From positions 5,608-69,607 of the forward strand of contig PLGG01000056.1 in the NCBI GenBank assembly GCA_003138515.1: a DNA stretch of 64,000 nt, read 5' to 3'. The notes beneath the pieces were generated by a model that saw only the letters and a list, made by a program, of their open reading frames with translations, did no database searches and had not been told where the DNA came from. Positions within the stretch are counted from its first letter, which is position 1. Each line of letters begins with the position of its first letter. This document shows, one piece after another, positions 1 through 9,503 of the stretch. Made by a program: the position numbers and the translations under genes. The stretch comes from Acidobacteriaceae bacterium (GTDB lineage Bacteria; Acidobacteriota; Terriglobia; Terriglobales; Acidobacteriaceae).

Positions 1-1083
1 CACTGACTGTGTCGCGGCCGTGTTCAAGTTCACATTTCCAAACGCAATCGTGGTGGCGTTCACGCTGAGCGTGGCCACTCCTGTGCCCAGTTGCAACGCG
101 AAGGTCTTTGCCACGCTGTTGGCACTTGCGGTCAGCGTCACCGTCTGAGCTGTGCTCACCGAGGATACCGTGGCCGTGAAGCTGGCGGTTGTGGCTCCCG
201 CAGCGACGGTCACGCTGGCAGGGACGACAACAGCTGAGTTGTTGCTGGCCAGGCTGACCGCAAATCCCCCGCTCGGCGCTGCCGCGTTCAGCGTTACGGT
301 GCAGCTATCCGTTCCCGCTCCGGTCATCGACCCACTGGCGCAGGTCAGCGCGCTCAACACGGGCACGCTCGGGCCCAGCTGCAGCGCGAAGGTTTTTGCA
401 ACACCGTTGGCGCTGGCGGTCAGCGTCACCGTCTGAGCTGTGCTCACCGCGGACACGGTTGCCGTGAAGCTCGCGGTCGTCGATCCAGCGGCCACAGCCA
501 CTGACGCGGGCACGGTTACAGCCGAGTTGTTGCTGGCCAGGCTGACCGCAAATCCGCCGCTCGGCGCTGCCGCGTTCAGCGTTACGGAGCAGCTATCGGT
601 ACCCGCCCCGGTCATCGATGAGCTCGTGCAGCTCAGGCTCGTCAAAGCCGCTGTGCTGGCGGAGGTTCCTGTACCGCTGAGGCCGGCCACTATCGTTCCG
701 TTCCCCCAGGCATTGCTGGCAATCGTCAGCTGGCCCGCCGCTGTTCCCGTCGAAGTGGGAGAGAAGTTCACGTTGAAGGTATATTTGGCGCCGGGGGCAA
801 CCGAAATTGGCAAAGCGCTTCCGCCACTGATAGAGAAGGCCTGCCCCGACACACTCACTTGCGAAACCTTCACTGGTGCCCATCCCTGATTCACAAGAGA
901 AACGCTTGTGCTGGCCATTGTTCCTATCGTTACTCCTCCCAAACTGACCGGGTTCGGAGATACCTTCAGGAATCCTGTTCTTGCGGCCGCACTAATAGTT
1001 GCTCCACCGAATAAGAACAAAAGCGAAACGCAGAATAAAGAAACTCCAAGGCCGCAGCCTTGCTGTGCGCCGTGAGCACGCAC
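1..1083 (-). CDS. Large repetitive cell-surface protein, N-terminal part (3' end runs off the left window edge); paralog of 2103..5756
   Basis: Absent from the ORF track because the window edge truncates it. Reverse-strand translation from GTG at 1083 gives a hydrophobic signal-like N-terminus (GLGVSLFCVSLLFLFGGATISAAA). A beta-sandwich-type segment follows (VSPNPVSLGGVTIG..SVSLVNQG..VSVSGQAFSISGG..YTFNVNFSPTSTGTAAGQLTIASN). Then come two ~96-aa units, LSC.S.SMTGAGTDSC.VTLNAAAPSGGFAVSLASNNSAV.VPASV.VAAGSTTASFTATVS.VSTAQTVTLTASANGV.KTFALQLG, the same unit seen in 2103..5756. The + strand ORFs 152..436 and 440..889 are its antisense shadows. The start codon is uncertain. Confidence 0.7.
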   Translation of the reverse strand, partial: MRAHGAQQGCGLGVSLFCVSLLFLFGGATISAAARTGFLKVSPNPVSLGGVTIGTMASTSVSLVNQGWAPVKVSQVSVSGQAFSISGGSALPISVAPGAKYTFNVNFSPTSTGTAAGQLTIASNAWGNGTIVAGLSGTGTSASTAALTSLSCTSSSMTGAGTDSCSVTLNAAAPSGGFAVSLASNNSAVTVPASVAVAAGSTTASFTATVSAVSTAQTVTLTASANGVAKTFALQLGPSVPVLSALTCASGSMTGAGTDSCTVTLNAAAPSGGFAVSLASNNSAVVVPASVTVAAGATTASFTATVSSVSTAQTVTLTASANSVAKTFALQLGTGVATLSVNATTIAFGNVNLNTAATQSV

Positions 1084-1225
1084 ATGCGTGTCCTGGCAAT
1101 TCGACCGTCTAGTACGGCCACAAGCTGTCTCTGCCGTTGTCAATTCATCTTTCAACGGCGCGCAAGAAAGGATGTCGCGCAATTGCATCATTTGTCAGCC
1201 CCTTTTCGAAGCGTGTTGCATCATA

Positions 1226-1388
1226 GCCCGCAGCCATGGGACTGCTGGCGCCCGGATGCTCATGCTGAGTCAACCAAGTCGATCATTGAGTGCCTATCGG
1301 CGGGACAACGCAGGGCAGCAGGTTTTCTTACGAATCGTGCCGCATCTTGGCCCGCAGCCGTGGGACTGCTGGCGACTCGATGCTCATG
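1226..1388 (-). repeat. Two 39-nt direct repeats (1226..1264 and 1350..1388, period 124 nt) upstream of the 1..1083 gene
   Basis: GCCCGCAGCC(A/G)TGGGACTGCTGGCG(CCCG/ACTC)GATGCTCATG occurs twice, with 35/39 positions identical. Each copy contains the start of a short ATG ORF on the minus strand (1195..1263 and 1328..1387). Confidence 0.8.
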
Positions 1389-2010
1389 TTTAATCTAGCT
1401 AGCCTATTTGGCGCTAACTCGTTAAACTATGCAGTGAGATAGGTCACGACTTATCTCCTGGCTCATTACTTTTGTAAGTGGATTCCTGAAGGACTCGCTC
1501 GAGATTGGTTTCAACGGGTAAGTTAAACTCTTACTTACCGGTCGCAATCGTCAACGGCGGAGCTTTCTAATCTCTAATTTGCGCAAACGACATTGTGAAG
1601 GCCTCGTATCTACCCTTCTCGGCTTTTCGGATACGCGACATGCGCCTTGGTTAAATGGCTTCATCCGCGTGACCGAACCGCTTCGTTGGCACAGCTATCC
1701 CTTCACATCGAACCTTCGCTTGCAACCAACGCAGATATCTTTCCAAATTGAGGATAACTGGAGCAGTTTCTAAACTTGATCTTGTATTCCTTATTCGCAA
1801 TTCCCGTGCCAAACCAGTCGCATCGGGATTGATTATTCCATCGTCTTCATATAACTGGTCTTGAGGTCCGGCGCGCAGGTATGGGCGCGCCTTCGCTCAT
1901 GCACAGAGCGGCCGCCGAGCATGTAAGTTATACTCACCCACGTATAATTTGCCCTCTTCCAGGTGCGATTCCGCCTGCCGCTCACTCCGTCTCTGCTTCG
2001 AGCAGCCGCT

Positions 2011-2040
2011 AAAAGAAAGGGGCCCGCGCGGGCCCCTCTT
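2011..2040 (-). terminator. Rho-independent terminator after the 2103..5756 gene
   Basis: On the minus strand AGGGGCCC-GCGC-GGGCCCCT forms a perfect 8-bp GC stem with a 4-nt loop (2018..2037). It is followed by TTCTTTT and lies about 65 nt past the stop at 2103. Confidence 0.75.
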
Positions 2041-2102
2041 GGTCGTTCTTTGCTTCGCTTGCTGAATCTGAATGTTACGCGGCAGATCTCCGGCGAACAT
2101 TC

Positions 2103-5100
2103 CTACGGAATCGGTATCGCAGCCATGTTCGACGGAGCGCTGGTAGCTCCGGAGGCGTCAACACTCTCCACGATGTAGTCGTAAGTCTGGCTATTGAGCA
2201 CCGTGGTATCCACGTAGGTGGTTTGGGTAACTGCGGTGGAATTAAGTTGCTGATAGGTGGTGCTTCCACTCGGCGCACGATAGACGTTATAACCAGCGAC
2301 TGGGTCCGTGGAGCTCGCAGGCGCATTCCAGGTCAAGTTCACCTGGTACACAAGTGCAATGCCTGTGCCAGTCAGGCCGATCACGGTGGACGATCCCGTA
2401 GACGAATTGCTGGTAATCGTTACCTGGCCCGTGAACGCCACCGCTGTGGCCGGATCGAACTGCACGCTGATCGTGGCCGTTTGATTCGGGTTCAGGGTCA
2501 TCGGGAACGGACCTCCAGAGATCGTGAACCCGGTTCCGCTCACTGCCGCTGCGCTTACCCTCACTGCCGCGGTCCCTGTCGACGTCAGGATCAATGACTG
2601 GGTCGCCGGCGAATTCAAATTCACATTGCCGAAGGCGATCGTAGCAGCGTTCATGCTGAGTGTGGGTACTCCGGCGCCCAACTGCAATGCAAAGGTCTTG
2701 GTTGCACTGTTGGCGCTGGCGGTCAGTGTGACGGTCTGAGCGGTGCTGACCGAGGACACGGTGGCCGTGAAGATTCCGGCGGTCGATCCTGCCGCCACGG
2801 TAACAGTAGCAGGCACGGTAACCGCCGAGTTATTGCTGGCCAGGCTGACAGCGAATCCACCGCTGGCCGCAGCCACGTTCAGTGTGACCGTGCAGCTATC
2901 GCTTCCCGCACTGGTCATCGACCCGCTCGTGCAGCTCAGCCCGCTCAATATTGGCACGCCCGTGCCGCTTAGGCTGATCAAGGTAGAGCTTCCGCTCGAC
3001 GAGTTGCTGGTCAGAGTCAACGAGCCGGCTGCCGCTCCTGCTGTCGCCGGATCGAACTGCACTGTGAGCGTGGCAGTCTGATTGGGGTTCAGGGTGATCG
3101 GGAAAGTGATTCCAGAGATGGTGTAGCCGCTTCCGGTCAGACTAGCTGCGCTGATCGTCACTGCCGAAGTCCCGGTCGAGGACAGAGTCAATGTCTGCGT
3201 CGTGGCCGTATTCACATTGACATTGCCAAACGAAAGGCTGGACGAACTCACGCCGAGCCCAATCGCCGACACCCCCAACTGCAATGCAAAGGTTTTGGCT
3301 GCACTGTTGGCGCTGGCGGTCAGTGTAACGGTCTGAGCGGTGCTGACCGAGGACACGGTGGCCGTGAAGATTCCGGCGGTCGATCCTGCCGCCACGGTAA
3401 CAGTAGCAGGCACGGTAACCGCCGAGTTATTGCTGGCCAGGCTGACAGCGAATCCACCGCTGGCCGCAGCCACGTTCAGTGTGACCGTGCAGTTGTCGCT
3501 TCCCGCACCGGTCATCGACCCGCTCGTGCAGCTCAGCCCGCTCAATATTGGCAGGCCCGTGCCGCTTAGGCTGATCAAGGTCGAGGTCCCGTACGACGAA
3601 TTGCTGGTCAACGTGAGTTGGCCGGTTGCTGCTCCTGCCGTCGCCGGATCGAACTGCACAGTGAGCGTGGCAGTCTGATTGGGGTTCAGGGTGATCGGGA
3701 AGGTAATTCCAGAGACGGTGAAACCGCTTCCCGCGACGGTGGCTGCAGTCACGGTCACTGCCGAAGTCCCGGTCGAGGACAAGGTCAGTGTCTGCGTCGT
3801 GGCCGTATTCACGTTGATGTTGCCAAACGAAAGGCTGGACGTGCTGACGTTAAGCGCTATCGCCGCCGCTCCCAGTTGCAGGCCGAATGTCTCTGTCACG
3901 CCGTTTGCCGACGCCGTCAAGGTCACTGCCTGTGCCACGTTAACCGCCGATACGGTTGCCGCAAAGGTCGCGCTCGTAGCTCCGCCCGCCACGGTCACTT
4001 GGGCCGGAACGGTCAATGCCGGGTTGTTGCTGGCCACGCTGACGGCAAAGCCGCCGCTAGCTGCCGCGGTGTTCAGTGTGACCGTGCAGCTATCGGTCCC
4101 CGCCGCGGTCATCGACGTATTTGCGCAATTCAAGCCAGTCAGCACCGGAACTCCCGTGCCGCTCAAATCGACGGCCGTCGAGGATCCGGTCGCCGAGTTA
4201 CTGTTGAAAGTGAGCGAACCTGAGGTCGTTCCCGCGGCGGTCGGGTTGAATTGCACATTGAGTGTCGCCGTTTGATTTGGATTCAAGGTCAGCGGGAAAA
4301 CCGCCCCGGTGGCCGCGAAACCGGTCCCTGCGAGCGTTGCCGCGTTGATCGTCAGCGGCGAATTCCCCGTTGACGAGAGAGTCAGCGACTGAGCCGCCGC
4401 CGCACTCACGTTGACGCTGCCAAACGAGAGGCTTGGAGTGCTAAGGCTGAGCTTAGCCGCGGAGGCAATCAGTTGCAGGCCAAATGTCTCTGCCGAGGTG
4501 CCCGCGCTCGCCGTCAGCGTTGCGGACTCCGCCGAGTTCACCGGGGAGATATTCGCCGTAAAGCCGGCGCTCATTGCGCCCGCCGCCACGGTCACCGAGC
4601 CTGGAACGGTCACCAGTGAATTGCTGCTGGCGAGACTTACTGCAAATCCGCCGCTGGCCGCCGCCGTGTTCAGCGTAACGATGCAGCTATCGGTTCCCGA
4701 CCCGATGATTGATCCGTTTGTGCAATTCAGTCCAGCCAGCCCCGGCACGCCCGTGCCGCTCAGGTCCACCACCATCGATGCCCCATTCGAAGAATTGCTG
4801 TTCACCGACAGTTGCCCTGTTTCTGCGCCTGCTGCGCCGGGGTCAAACTGCACGCTTAATGTCGTCGTTTGACCTGGGGCCAGTGTCACCGGCAGGCCTT
4901 GGCCTGTGATAGTAAAGCCGGCGCCCGTCAAAGATGCCGCGCTTACCGTCACCGGCATCGTTCCCGTTGACGAAAGAACCAATGGATGCGTAACCGCCGA
5001 GTTCACCGGTACCGTGCCAAAGGTCAGGTTGTTGGCGCTGATCCCCAAAACGGGGATTGCTGCGCCCAGCTCAACAGCGAATGTCTCCGCCACGCCGCCA

Positions 5101-5756
5101 ACGCTCGCGGTCAACGTAGCCGCTTGCACTGTCGTGACCGGCAAGACACTCGCGGCAAAGGTCGCGCTGCTCGCGCCTGTCGGCACCATCACCAAGGCCG
5201 GAACTGTTACCGCGCTGTCGTTGCTTGCCAGGGCCACATTCAGGCCGCCGCTGGCTGCGCTTGCATTCAGTGTCACTGTGCATGTGTCGCTGAATGGTCC
5301 CGTAATCGATCCGCTTTCGCAATTCAGCCCGGTCAGCACCGGCACGCCCATGCCGCTCAGGGCAACCGCCGCCGAGGACGCATTCGATGCGTTGCTGGCA
5401 ATGGTCAGTTGGCCGGTCGCCGACCCTGATGCCGCGGGGACGAATTGGATGGTAACTGTAACGCTGGCATTCGCGCCGACACTCATCGGCACGCTGCTTC
5501 CGCCGCTCATCGAGAAGGGCTGCCCAGTCAGATTCAACGCGGAGATCTGAACCGCCGCCGATCCCGTATTCGTTAGCGTGATGCTCGTGCTCGCGGTCTT
5601 GCCGACAGCCACCTGGCCGAAATCGACCGTGCTCAATGACGTGATCAGCGTTCCCGTCGCCGAATTCGTCGCGGCGATGGACCCACCGCAACCGCTCAGA
5701 GCAATGCTGCAAGAAAAAGCCAGCAGCACAATTAAACTTAACTTCAAATGGCGCAT
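2103..5756 (-). CDS. Giant repetitive surface lipoprotein: choice-of-anchor-D/ASH-like beta-sandwich domains alternating with a Cys-pair domain, C-terminal FN3-like domain
   Basis: ORF 2103..5813. The preferred start is M20 (5756), with GGAGGG 4 nt upstream, giving MRHLKLSLIVLLAFSCSIALSGCGG (lipobox L-S-G-C). Six units of type LSFG.VNVN...TQ.LTL.S.G...V.....L.G.GF...G..FP.TL.PNQTA.L.VQFDP..AG...G.LT..SNS..G.S....LSGTG alternate with five units L.C.SGS.TG.G.D.C.VTLN.AAASGGF.V.LASN....VP. The C-terminus NLTWNAP...VAGYNVYR...YQQLN...TTYVD..V...TYDYIVESVD..G..S is FN3-like. Confidence 0.85.
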   Translation of the reverse strand: MRHLKLSLIVLLAFSCSIALSGCGGSIAATNSATGTLITSLSTVDFGQVAVGKTASTSITLTNTGSAAVQISALNLTGQPFSMSGGSSVPMSVGANASVTVTIQFVPAASGSATGQLTIASNASNASSAAVALSGMGVPVLTGLNCESGSITGPFSDTCTVTLNASAASGGLNVALASNDSAVTVPALVMVPTGASSATFAASVLPVTTVQAATLTASVGGVAETFAVELGAAIPVLGISANNLTFGTVPVNSAVTHPLVLSSTGTMPVTVSAASLTGAGFTITGQGLPVTLAPGQTTTLSVQFDPGAAGAETGQLSVNSNSSNGASMVVDLSGTGVPGLAGLNCTNGSIIGSGTDSCIVTLNTAAASGGFAVSLASSNSLVTVPGSVTVAAGAMSAGFTANISPVNSAESATLTASAGTSAETFGLQLIASAAKLSLSTPSLSFGSVNVSAAAAQSLTLSSTGNSPLTINAATLAGTGFAATGAVFPLTLNPNQTATLNVQFNPTAAGTTSGSLTFNSNSATGSSTAVDLSGTGVPVLTGLNCANTSMTAAGTDSCTVTLNTAAASGGFAVSVASNNPALTVPAQVTVAGGATSATFAATVSAVNVAQAVTLTASANGVTETFGLQLGAAAIALNVSTSSLSFGNINVNTATTQTLTLSSTGTSAVTVTAATVAGSGFTVSGITFPITLNPNQTATLTVQFDPATAGAATGQLTLTSNSSYGTSTLISLSGTGLPILSGLSCTSGSMTGAGSDNCTVTLNVAAASGGFAVSLASNNSAVTVPATVTVAAGSTAGIFTATVSSVSTAQTVTLTASANSAAKTFALQLGVSAIGLGVSSSSLSFGNVNVNTATTQTLTLSSTGTSAVTISAASLTGSGYTISGITFPITLNPNQTATLTVQFDPATAGAAAGSLTLTSNSSSGSSTLISLSGTGVPILSGLSCTSGSMTSAGSDSCTVTLNVAAASGGFAVSLASNNSAVTVPATVTVAAGSTAGIFTATVSSVSTAQTVTLTASANSATKTFALQLGAGVPTLSMNAATIAFGNVNLNSPATQSLILTSTGTAAVRVSAAAVSGTGFTISGGPFPMTLNPNQTATISVQFDPATAVAFTGQVTITSNSSTGSSTVIGLTGTGIALVYQVNLTWNAPASSTDPVAGYNVYRAPSGSTTYQQLNSTAVTQTTYVDTTVLNSQTYDYIVESVDASGATSAPSNMAAIPIP
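2700..3893 (-). repeat. Near-identical tandem duplication of a 597-bp (199-codon) unit inside the 2103..5756 gene
   Basis: About 2700..3296 versus 3297..3893. The antisense shadow ORFs 2743..3081 and 3340..3678 have equal length, are offset by exactly 597 nt and share their first 55 residues. I see about 150 nt with no mismatch. More diverged copies of the unit continue to about 5500. Confidence 0.85.
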
Positions 5757-6139
5757 AGGCCCTCCGAACGAGCGCAAATCCTTCATCGGCGCGCGAACGA
5801 GTTTTATCGCCAAGGCAAACTGAGGTAATCAATATAGATTACTAATGTGTACAAGTATATGCACAATGATGGGTACTGATGAAGGTTACTATACAGTACG
5901 TTTGGGGGATGTTAGGCCGCAGTGGTAATCCCACGTTCGTGTTACCTGCCCAGGCGGGCAAAACAACCCTCGAGACCGGGGTCAGCATTTTTGGGGTATC
6001 GATTGCAGAAGGTTTTTCAGAATCTAATAATTACGGCCGCCAGAATGGGGCCAGCTCCGCGGCCCGGTCTACGGCCTCTCTCCGGCCTGACCTGACCAAA
6101 GTGCTGTGACGGGCGCCACAGCCACTATTTCCCAAGAAT

Positions 6140-7297
6140 CTAGAGTACGGCCTTCGCGATTGCCGCCAGTTGCATGAACGACGTGCCTTCGTAGATCTTT
6201 CCAATCTTCGCGTCGCGGTAAAGTTTCTCCACTGGGCTCTCCGTCACAAATCCCGCCCCGCCAAGAACCTCCACCGCAAGGCTCGCCACGCGCTCCGCCA
6301 TCTGCGCCGCGTAGTACTTGCACATGGCCGCTTCCTTGCGGAACTCTTGGCCCCCATCCTTCAATCGTGCAGCGTTGTAGACCAGCAGCCTCGCGGCCTC
6401 GATCTCGGTCGCCATCTCCGCCAGTTGAAACTGCATCGCCTGGAACTCCGCGATGGGCTTCCCGAATTGCTTCCGTTCCTTCGCATGCTTTACGGCGTGG
6501 CCCCACGCGCCTTCAGCCAGCCCAAGCATCTGCGCGCCGATGCCGATCCGCCCGCCATTCAACGTCTCCATCGCAATCCTGTAGCCCTTGCCCGCCTCGC
6601 CCAGCAATTGCGCCGCTGGAATCGCGCACTCGTCCAGAATCAGCTCGCAGGTGCTCGACGCGCGAATTCCCAGCTTGTCTTCTTTCCTCCCGATCGCGAA
6701 TCCCGGCGTATCTTTCTCCACCACGAATGCGGTGATGCCTTTATAGCCGGCGCTCGCGTCCACGGTGGCAAAGACGATAAACAATCCTGCCTCCTTGGCG
6801 TTGCTGATCCAAAGCTTGCGCCCGCTCAAAACGTACTCGCCGCCACGTTTTTCCGCCCGCGTCTGCAAAGCAAACGCGTCCGACCCAGAGCCCGCCTCGC
6901 TCAGCGCGTAGGCGCCAACCGTATCTGCCGCAAGCCGCCGCAAATATTTCAGCTTCTGTTCCGGAGTGCCCCAATCGAGCAGCGCGCTCGCCACCAGCGT
7001 GTTCTGCACGTCCACTACCAGCGCCACCGACGGGTCGACTGTCGAGAGCGTCTCCACCGCCAGCGCCGAATCGAAAAACGATCCTCCGCTCCCGCCAAAC
7101 TCCTCCGGGATCTCGATCCCCATCAGGCCCAGCTCAAAAAGCCTGCCCAGCAGCGCCGCGTCCATCTGCTGTTCCTCATCCATCCGGCGCACAAGCGGCG
7201 CTATTTCATCGCGGGCGAACTTCCGCATGCTGTCACGGAAGAGAGTCTCTTCTTCGCTGAGTTGTGTGATAGGCGCGCCAGACGAAACAGGTTTCAA
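6140..7297 (-). CDS. Acyl-CoA dehydrogenase (short/branched-chain type)
   Basis: 385-aa ORF carrying both ACAD signatures: [14 protein letters not shown] and [31 protein letters not shown]. Confidence 0.9.
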   Translation of the reverse strand: MKPVSSGAPITQLSEEETLFRDSMRKFARDEIAPLVRRMDEEQQMDAALLGRLFELGLMGIEIPEEFGGSGGSFFDSALAVETLSTVDPSVALVVDVQNTLVASALLDWGTPEQKLKYLRRLAADTVGAYALSEAGSGSDAFALQTRAEKRGGEYVLSGRKLWISNAKEAGLFIVFATVDASAGYKGITAFVVEKDTPGFAIGRKEDKLGIRASSTCELILDECAIPAAQLLGEAGKGYRIAMETLNGGRIGIGAQMLGLAEGAWGHAVKHAKERKQFGKPIAEFQAMQFQLAEMATEIEAARLLVYNAARLKDGGQEFRKEAAMCKYYAAQMAERVASLAVEVLGGAGFVTESPVEKLYRDAKIGKIYEGTSFMQLAAIAKAVL

Positions 7298-7389
7298 GGC
7301 TTTTTGCCTCCGAACATCCGCTCCTTATGATCACGGATGCACTTGCAATGATATGCTGCGCTCGGGACGTGGAAGATCCCGCTCTTCCC

Positions 7390-8157
7390 ATGCAGATTGC
7401 GAATCACGTCTTTCTTGTCACCGGCGGCGCATCGGGATTGGGCGCAGCCACGGCGCACCTGCTCGTCAGTGAAGGCGCATCCGTCGTCATCGCCGACACC
7501 AACCGTCCAGCGGGCGAGGCCTTGGCCGCCGATCTGGGCGCATCCGCCCGCTTCGCCCTCACCGACGTTACCAGCGAACCCGACGCGCAGGCCGCCGTCG
7601 ATCTCGCCTTCAGCGCCTTTGGCCACCTGCACTCGCTCATCAATTGCGCCGGAATCGCCCCCTCCGAAAAAGTCATCGGCCGCGAAGGCCCTCACGGCTT
7701 GGACTCTTTTGCGAAGGCCGTCAGCATCAACCTCGTCGGCACCTTCAACATGATCCGCCTTGCCGCCGCCGCCATCGCAAAAGAAACGCCTGGCCAGGAC
7801 GGTGAGCGCGGCGTCATCGTCAACTCCGCCTCCATTGCGGCCTTCGATGGCCAAATTGGCCAGGCAGCCTACGCTGCTTCAAAGGGCGCCGTTGTCGCGC
7901 TCACCCTGCCCGTTGCCCGCGAGCTGGCGCGCTTCGGCATTCGCGTGGTCACTATCGCTCCAGGAGTCTTCGCCACGCCGATGGTGGCCGGCTTCTCGCC
8001 CGAGGTGCAGGACGCGCTCGCGAAAAGCGTTCCATTTCCCGCCCGCCTCGGCCAGCCCGCGGAATTCGCGGCACTGGTAAAGCACATCTGCGAAAACTCC
8101 ATGCTCAACGGCGAAACCATTCGCCTCGACGGCGCACTGCGCATGGCTCCGCGCTAA
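7390..8157 (+). CDS. Short-chain dehydrogenase/reductase, 3-hydroxyacyl-CoA dehydrogenase type-2 (HSD17B10)-like
   Basis: In-frame ATG at 7390 within ORF 7327..8157 gives [18 protein letters not shown] (TGxxxGxG Rossmann motif). The catalytic motif YAASKGAV (YxxxK) is present. The gene sits between an ACAD and a thiolase. Confidence 0.85.
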   Translation: MQIANHVFLVTGGASGLGAATAHLLVSEGASVVIADTNRPAGEALAADLGASARFALTDVTSEPDAQAAVDLAFSAFGHLHSLINCAGIAPSEKVIGREGPHGLDSFAKAVSINLVGTFNMIRLAAAAIAKETPGQDGERGVIVNSASIAAFDGQIGQAAYAASKGAVVALTLPVARELARFGIRVVTIAPGVFATPMVAGFSPEVQDALAKSVPFPARLGQPAEFAALVKHICENSMLNGETIRLDGALRMAPR

Positions 8158-8209
8158 TGAGCGAGAGTTGATGAGTCAGGTTTGCCCGCCGAGAAATGAG
8201 GGAACACGA

Positions 8210-9448
8210 ATGCCCCTTTCCGATCCCATCGTGCCCGACCCCGTCGTGATTGTTGGCTCTGCTCGCACCCCCATCGGCGCGTTCCAGGGCGACCTCAAAG
8301 ACCTCGCCGCTCCCCAACTCGCCGCCGCCGCCATCCGCGCCAGTGTCGAGCGCGCCGGAGTTCCCCGCGACGGAACTTCTTCCGACGCATTCGACGAAGT
8401 CCTCCTCGGCTGCGTTCTTCCTGCCGGCCTCGGCCAGGCTCCCGCGCGTCAGGCCGCTCTTGCTGCAGGGCTGTCCGCTTCGACCGGTGCAGTCACCATC
8501 AACAAAATGTGCGGCTCCGGCATGAAGGCCGTCATGCTGGCGCACGATCTGCTCCTCGCAGGCAGCGCCAAAATCATCGTCGCCGGCGGCATGGAAAGCA
8601 TGAGCAACGCCCCCTATCTCCTCGACCGCGCCCGTTCCGGCTATCGCATCGGCCACGGCCGCCTCATCGACCACATGTTTCTCGATGGCCTTGAAGACGC
8701 CTACGACAAAGGCCGCCTGATGGGCACATACGCCGAAGATTGCGCCCAGGCCTACGCGTTTTCACGGGAGGCGCAGGACGAATTTGCGCTCGCATCCCTC
8801 ACCCGCGCGCAAAAAGCCACCGCCGAAGGCAGTTTTTCCAGCGAGATTGTTCCCCTCACCGTGACCGCCGGCAAAACCGCCGGGGCCCCAAGAATTGACC
8901 GGATTGTCTCCCACGACGAGCTCCCGCTCAAAGCCACTCCCGACAAAATACCTCACCTCAAGCCGGCCTTTCGCGAAGGAGGAACGGTCACCGCCGCAAA
9001 CTCGAGCGCCATTTCTGACGGTGCCGCCGCGCTCGTCCTCATGCGGCGCTCTGAAGCCGATCGCCGCGGCATCAAGCCGCTCGCCTCCATCGCTGGCCAC
9101 TCCACCTTTGCAAACACGCCCGCGGTCTTTCCCACGGCGCCCATCGGCGCTGTCCGCGGGCTGCTCGACCGCACGGGCTGGTCTCTTCCGAATATCGACT
9201 TGTTCGAAATCAACGAGGCGTTCGCCGTTGTGGTCATGGCGGCTATGCGCGACCTCGGCCTGCCCCACGAAAACGTCAACGTCCACGGCGGCGCCTGTGC
9301 GCTCGGCCATCCCATCGGCGCTTCCGGCGCGCGCATTATCGTCACGCTGCTCGCGGCCCTCGCGCAACGCAATCTCAGCCGCGGCATCGCCTCGCTCTGC
9401 ATCGGCGGTGGAGAAGCCACAGCCATTGCAATCGAGCGACTCACCTGA
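8210..9448 (+). CDS. Acetyl-CoA C-acyltransferase (thiolase II)
   Basis: ATG at 8210 is preceded by GAGGGA. Thiolase motifs present: NKMCGSGMKAV (active-site Cys), NVHGGACALGHPIGASGARI and CIGGGEA. Confidence 0.9.
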   Translation: MPLSDPIVPDPVVIVGSARTPIGAFQGDLKDLAAPQLAAAAIRASVERAGVPRDGTSSDAFDEVLLGCVLPAGLGQAPARQAALAAGLSASTGAVTINKMCGSGMKAVMLAHDLLLAGSAKIIVAGGMESMSNAPYLLDRARSGYRIGHGRLIDHMFLDGLEDAYDKGRLMGTYAEDCAQAYAFSREAQDEFALASLTRAQKATAEGSFSSEIVPLTVTAGKTAGAPRIDRIVSHDELPLKATPDKIPHLKPAFREGGTVTAANSSAISDGAAALVLMRRSEADRRGIKPLASIAGHSTFANTPAVFPTAPIGAVRGLLDRTGWSLPNIDLFEINEAFAVVVMAAMRDLGLPHENVNVHGGACALGHPIGASGARIIVTLLAALAQRNLSRGIASLCIGGGEATAIAIERLT

Positions 9449-9503
9449 TTTCTTTTTGAAAAGGGAATCCGCGCCTCGAACGCGCCCGGCCAAACACTAC
9501 GCT

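Noticed and set aside
152-889. + strand ORFs 152..436 and 440..889 (and similar + strand ORFs across 2223..5823)
   Set aside because: They are antisense shadows of the repeat-protein genes. Their periodicity simply mirrors the minus-strand repeats, and the minus-strand frames carry signal peptides and coherent domain architecture.
6170-7330. 386-codon + strand ORF. The same reasoning covers 8762..9493(-), 12884..14236(+), 18265..20397(+), 31252..31956(-), 33727..34524(-), 40636..41280(-), 43750..44370(-), 47502..48779(-) and 62992..63855(-)
   Set aside because: All are Arg/Pro/His-rich shadow frames opposite genes with strong family motifs, and none has independent support.
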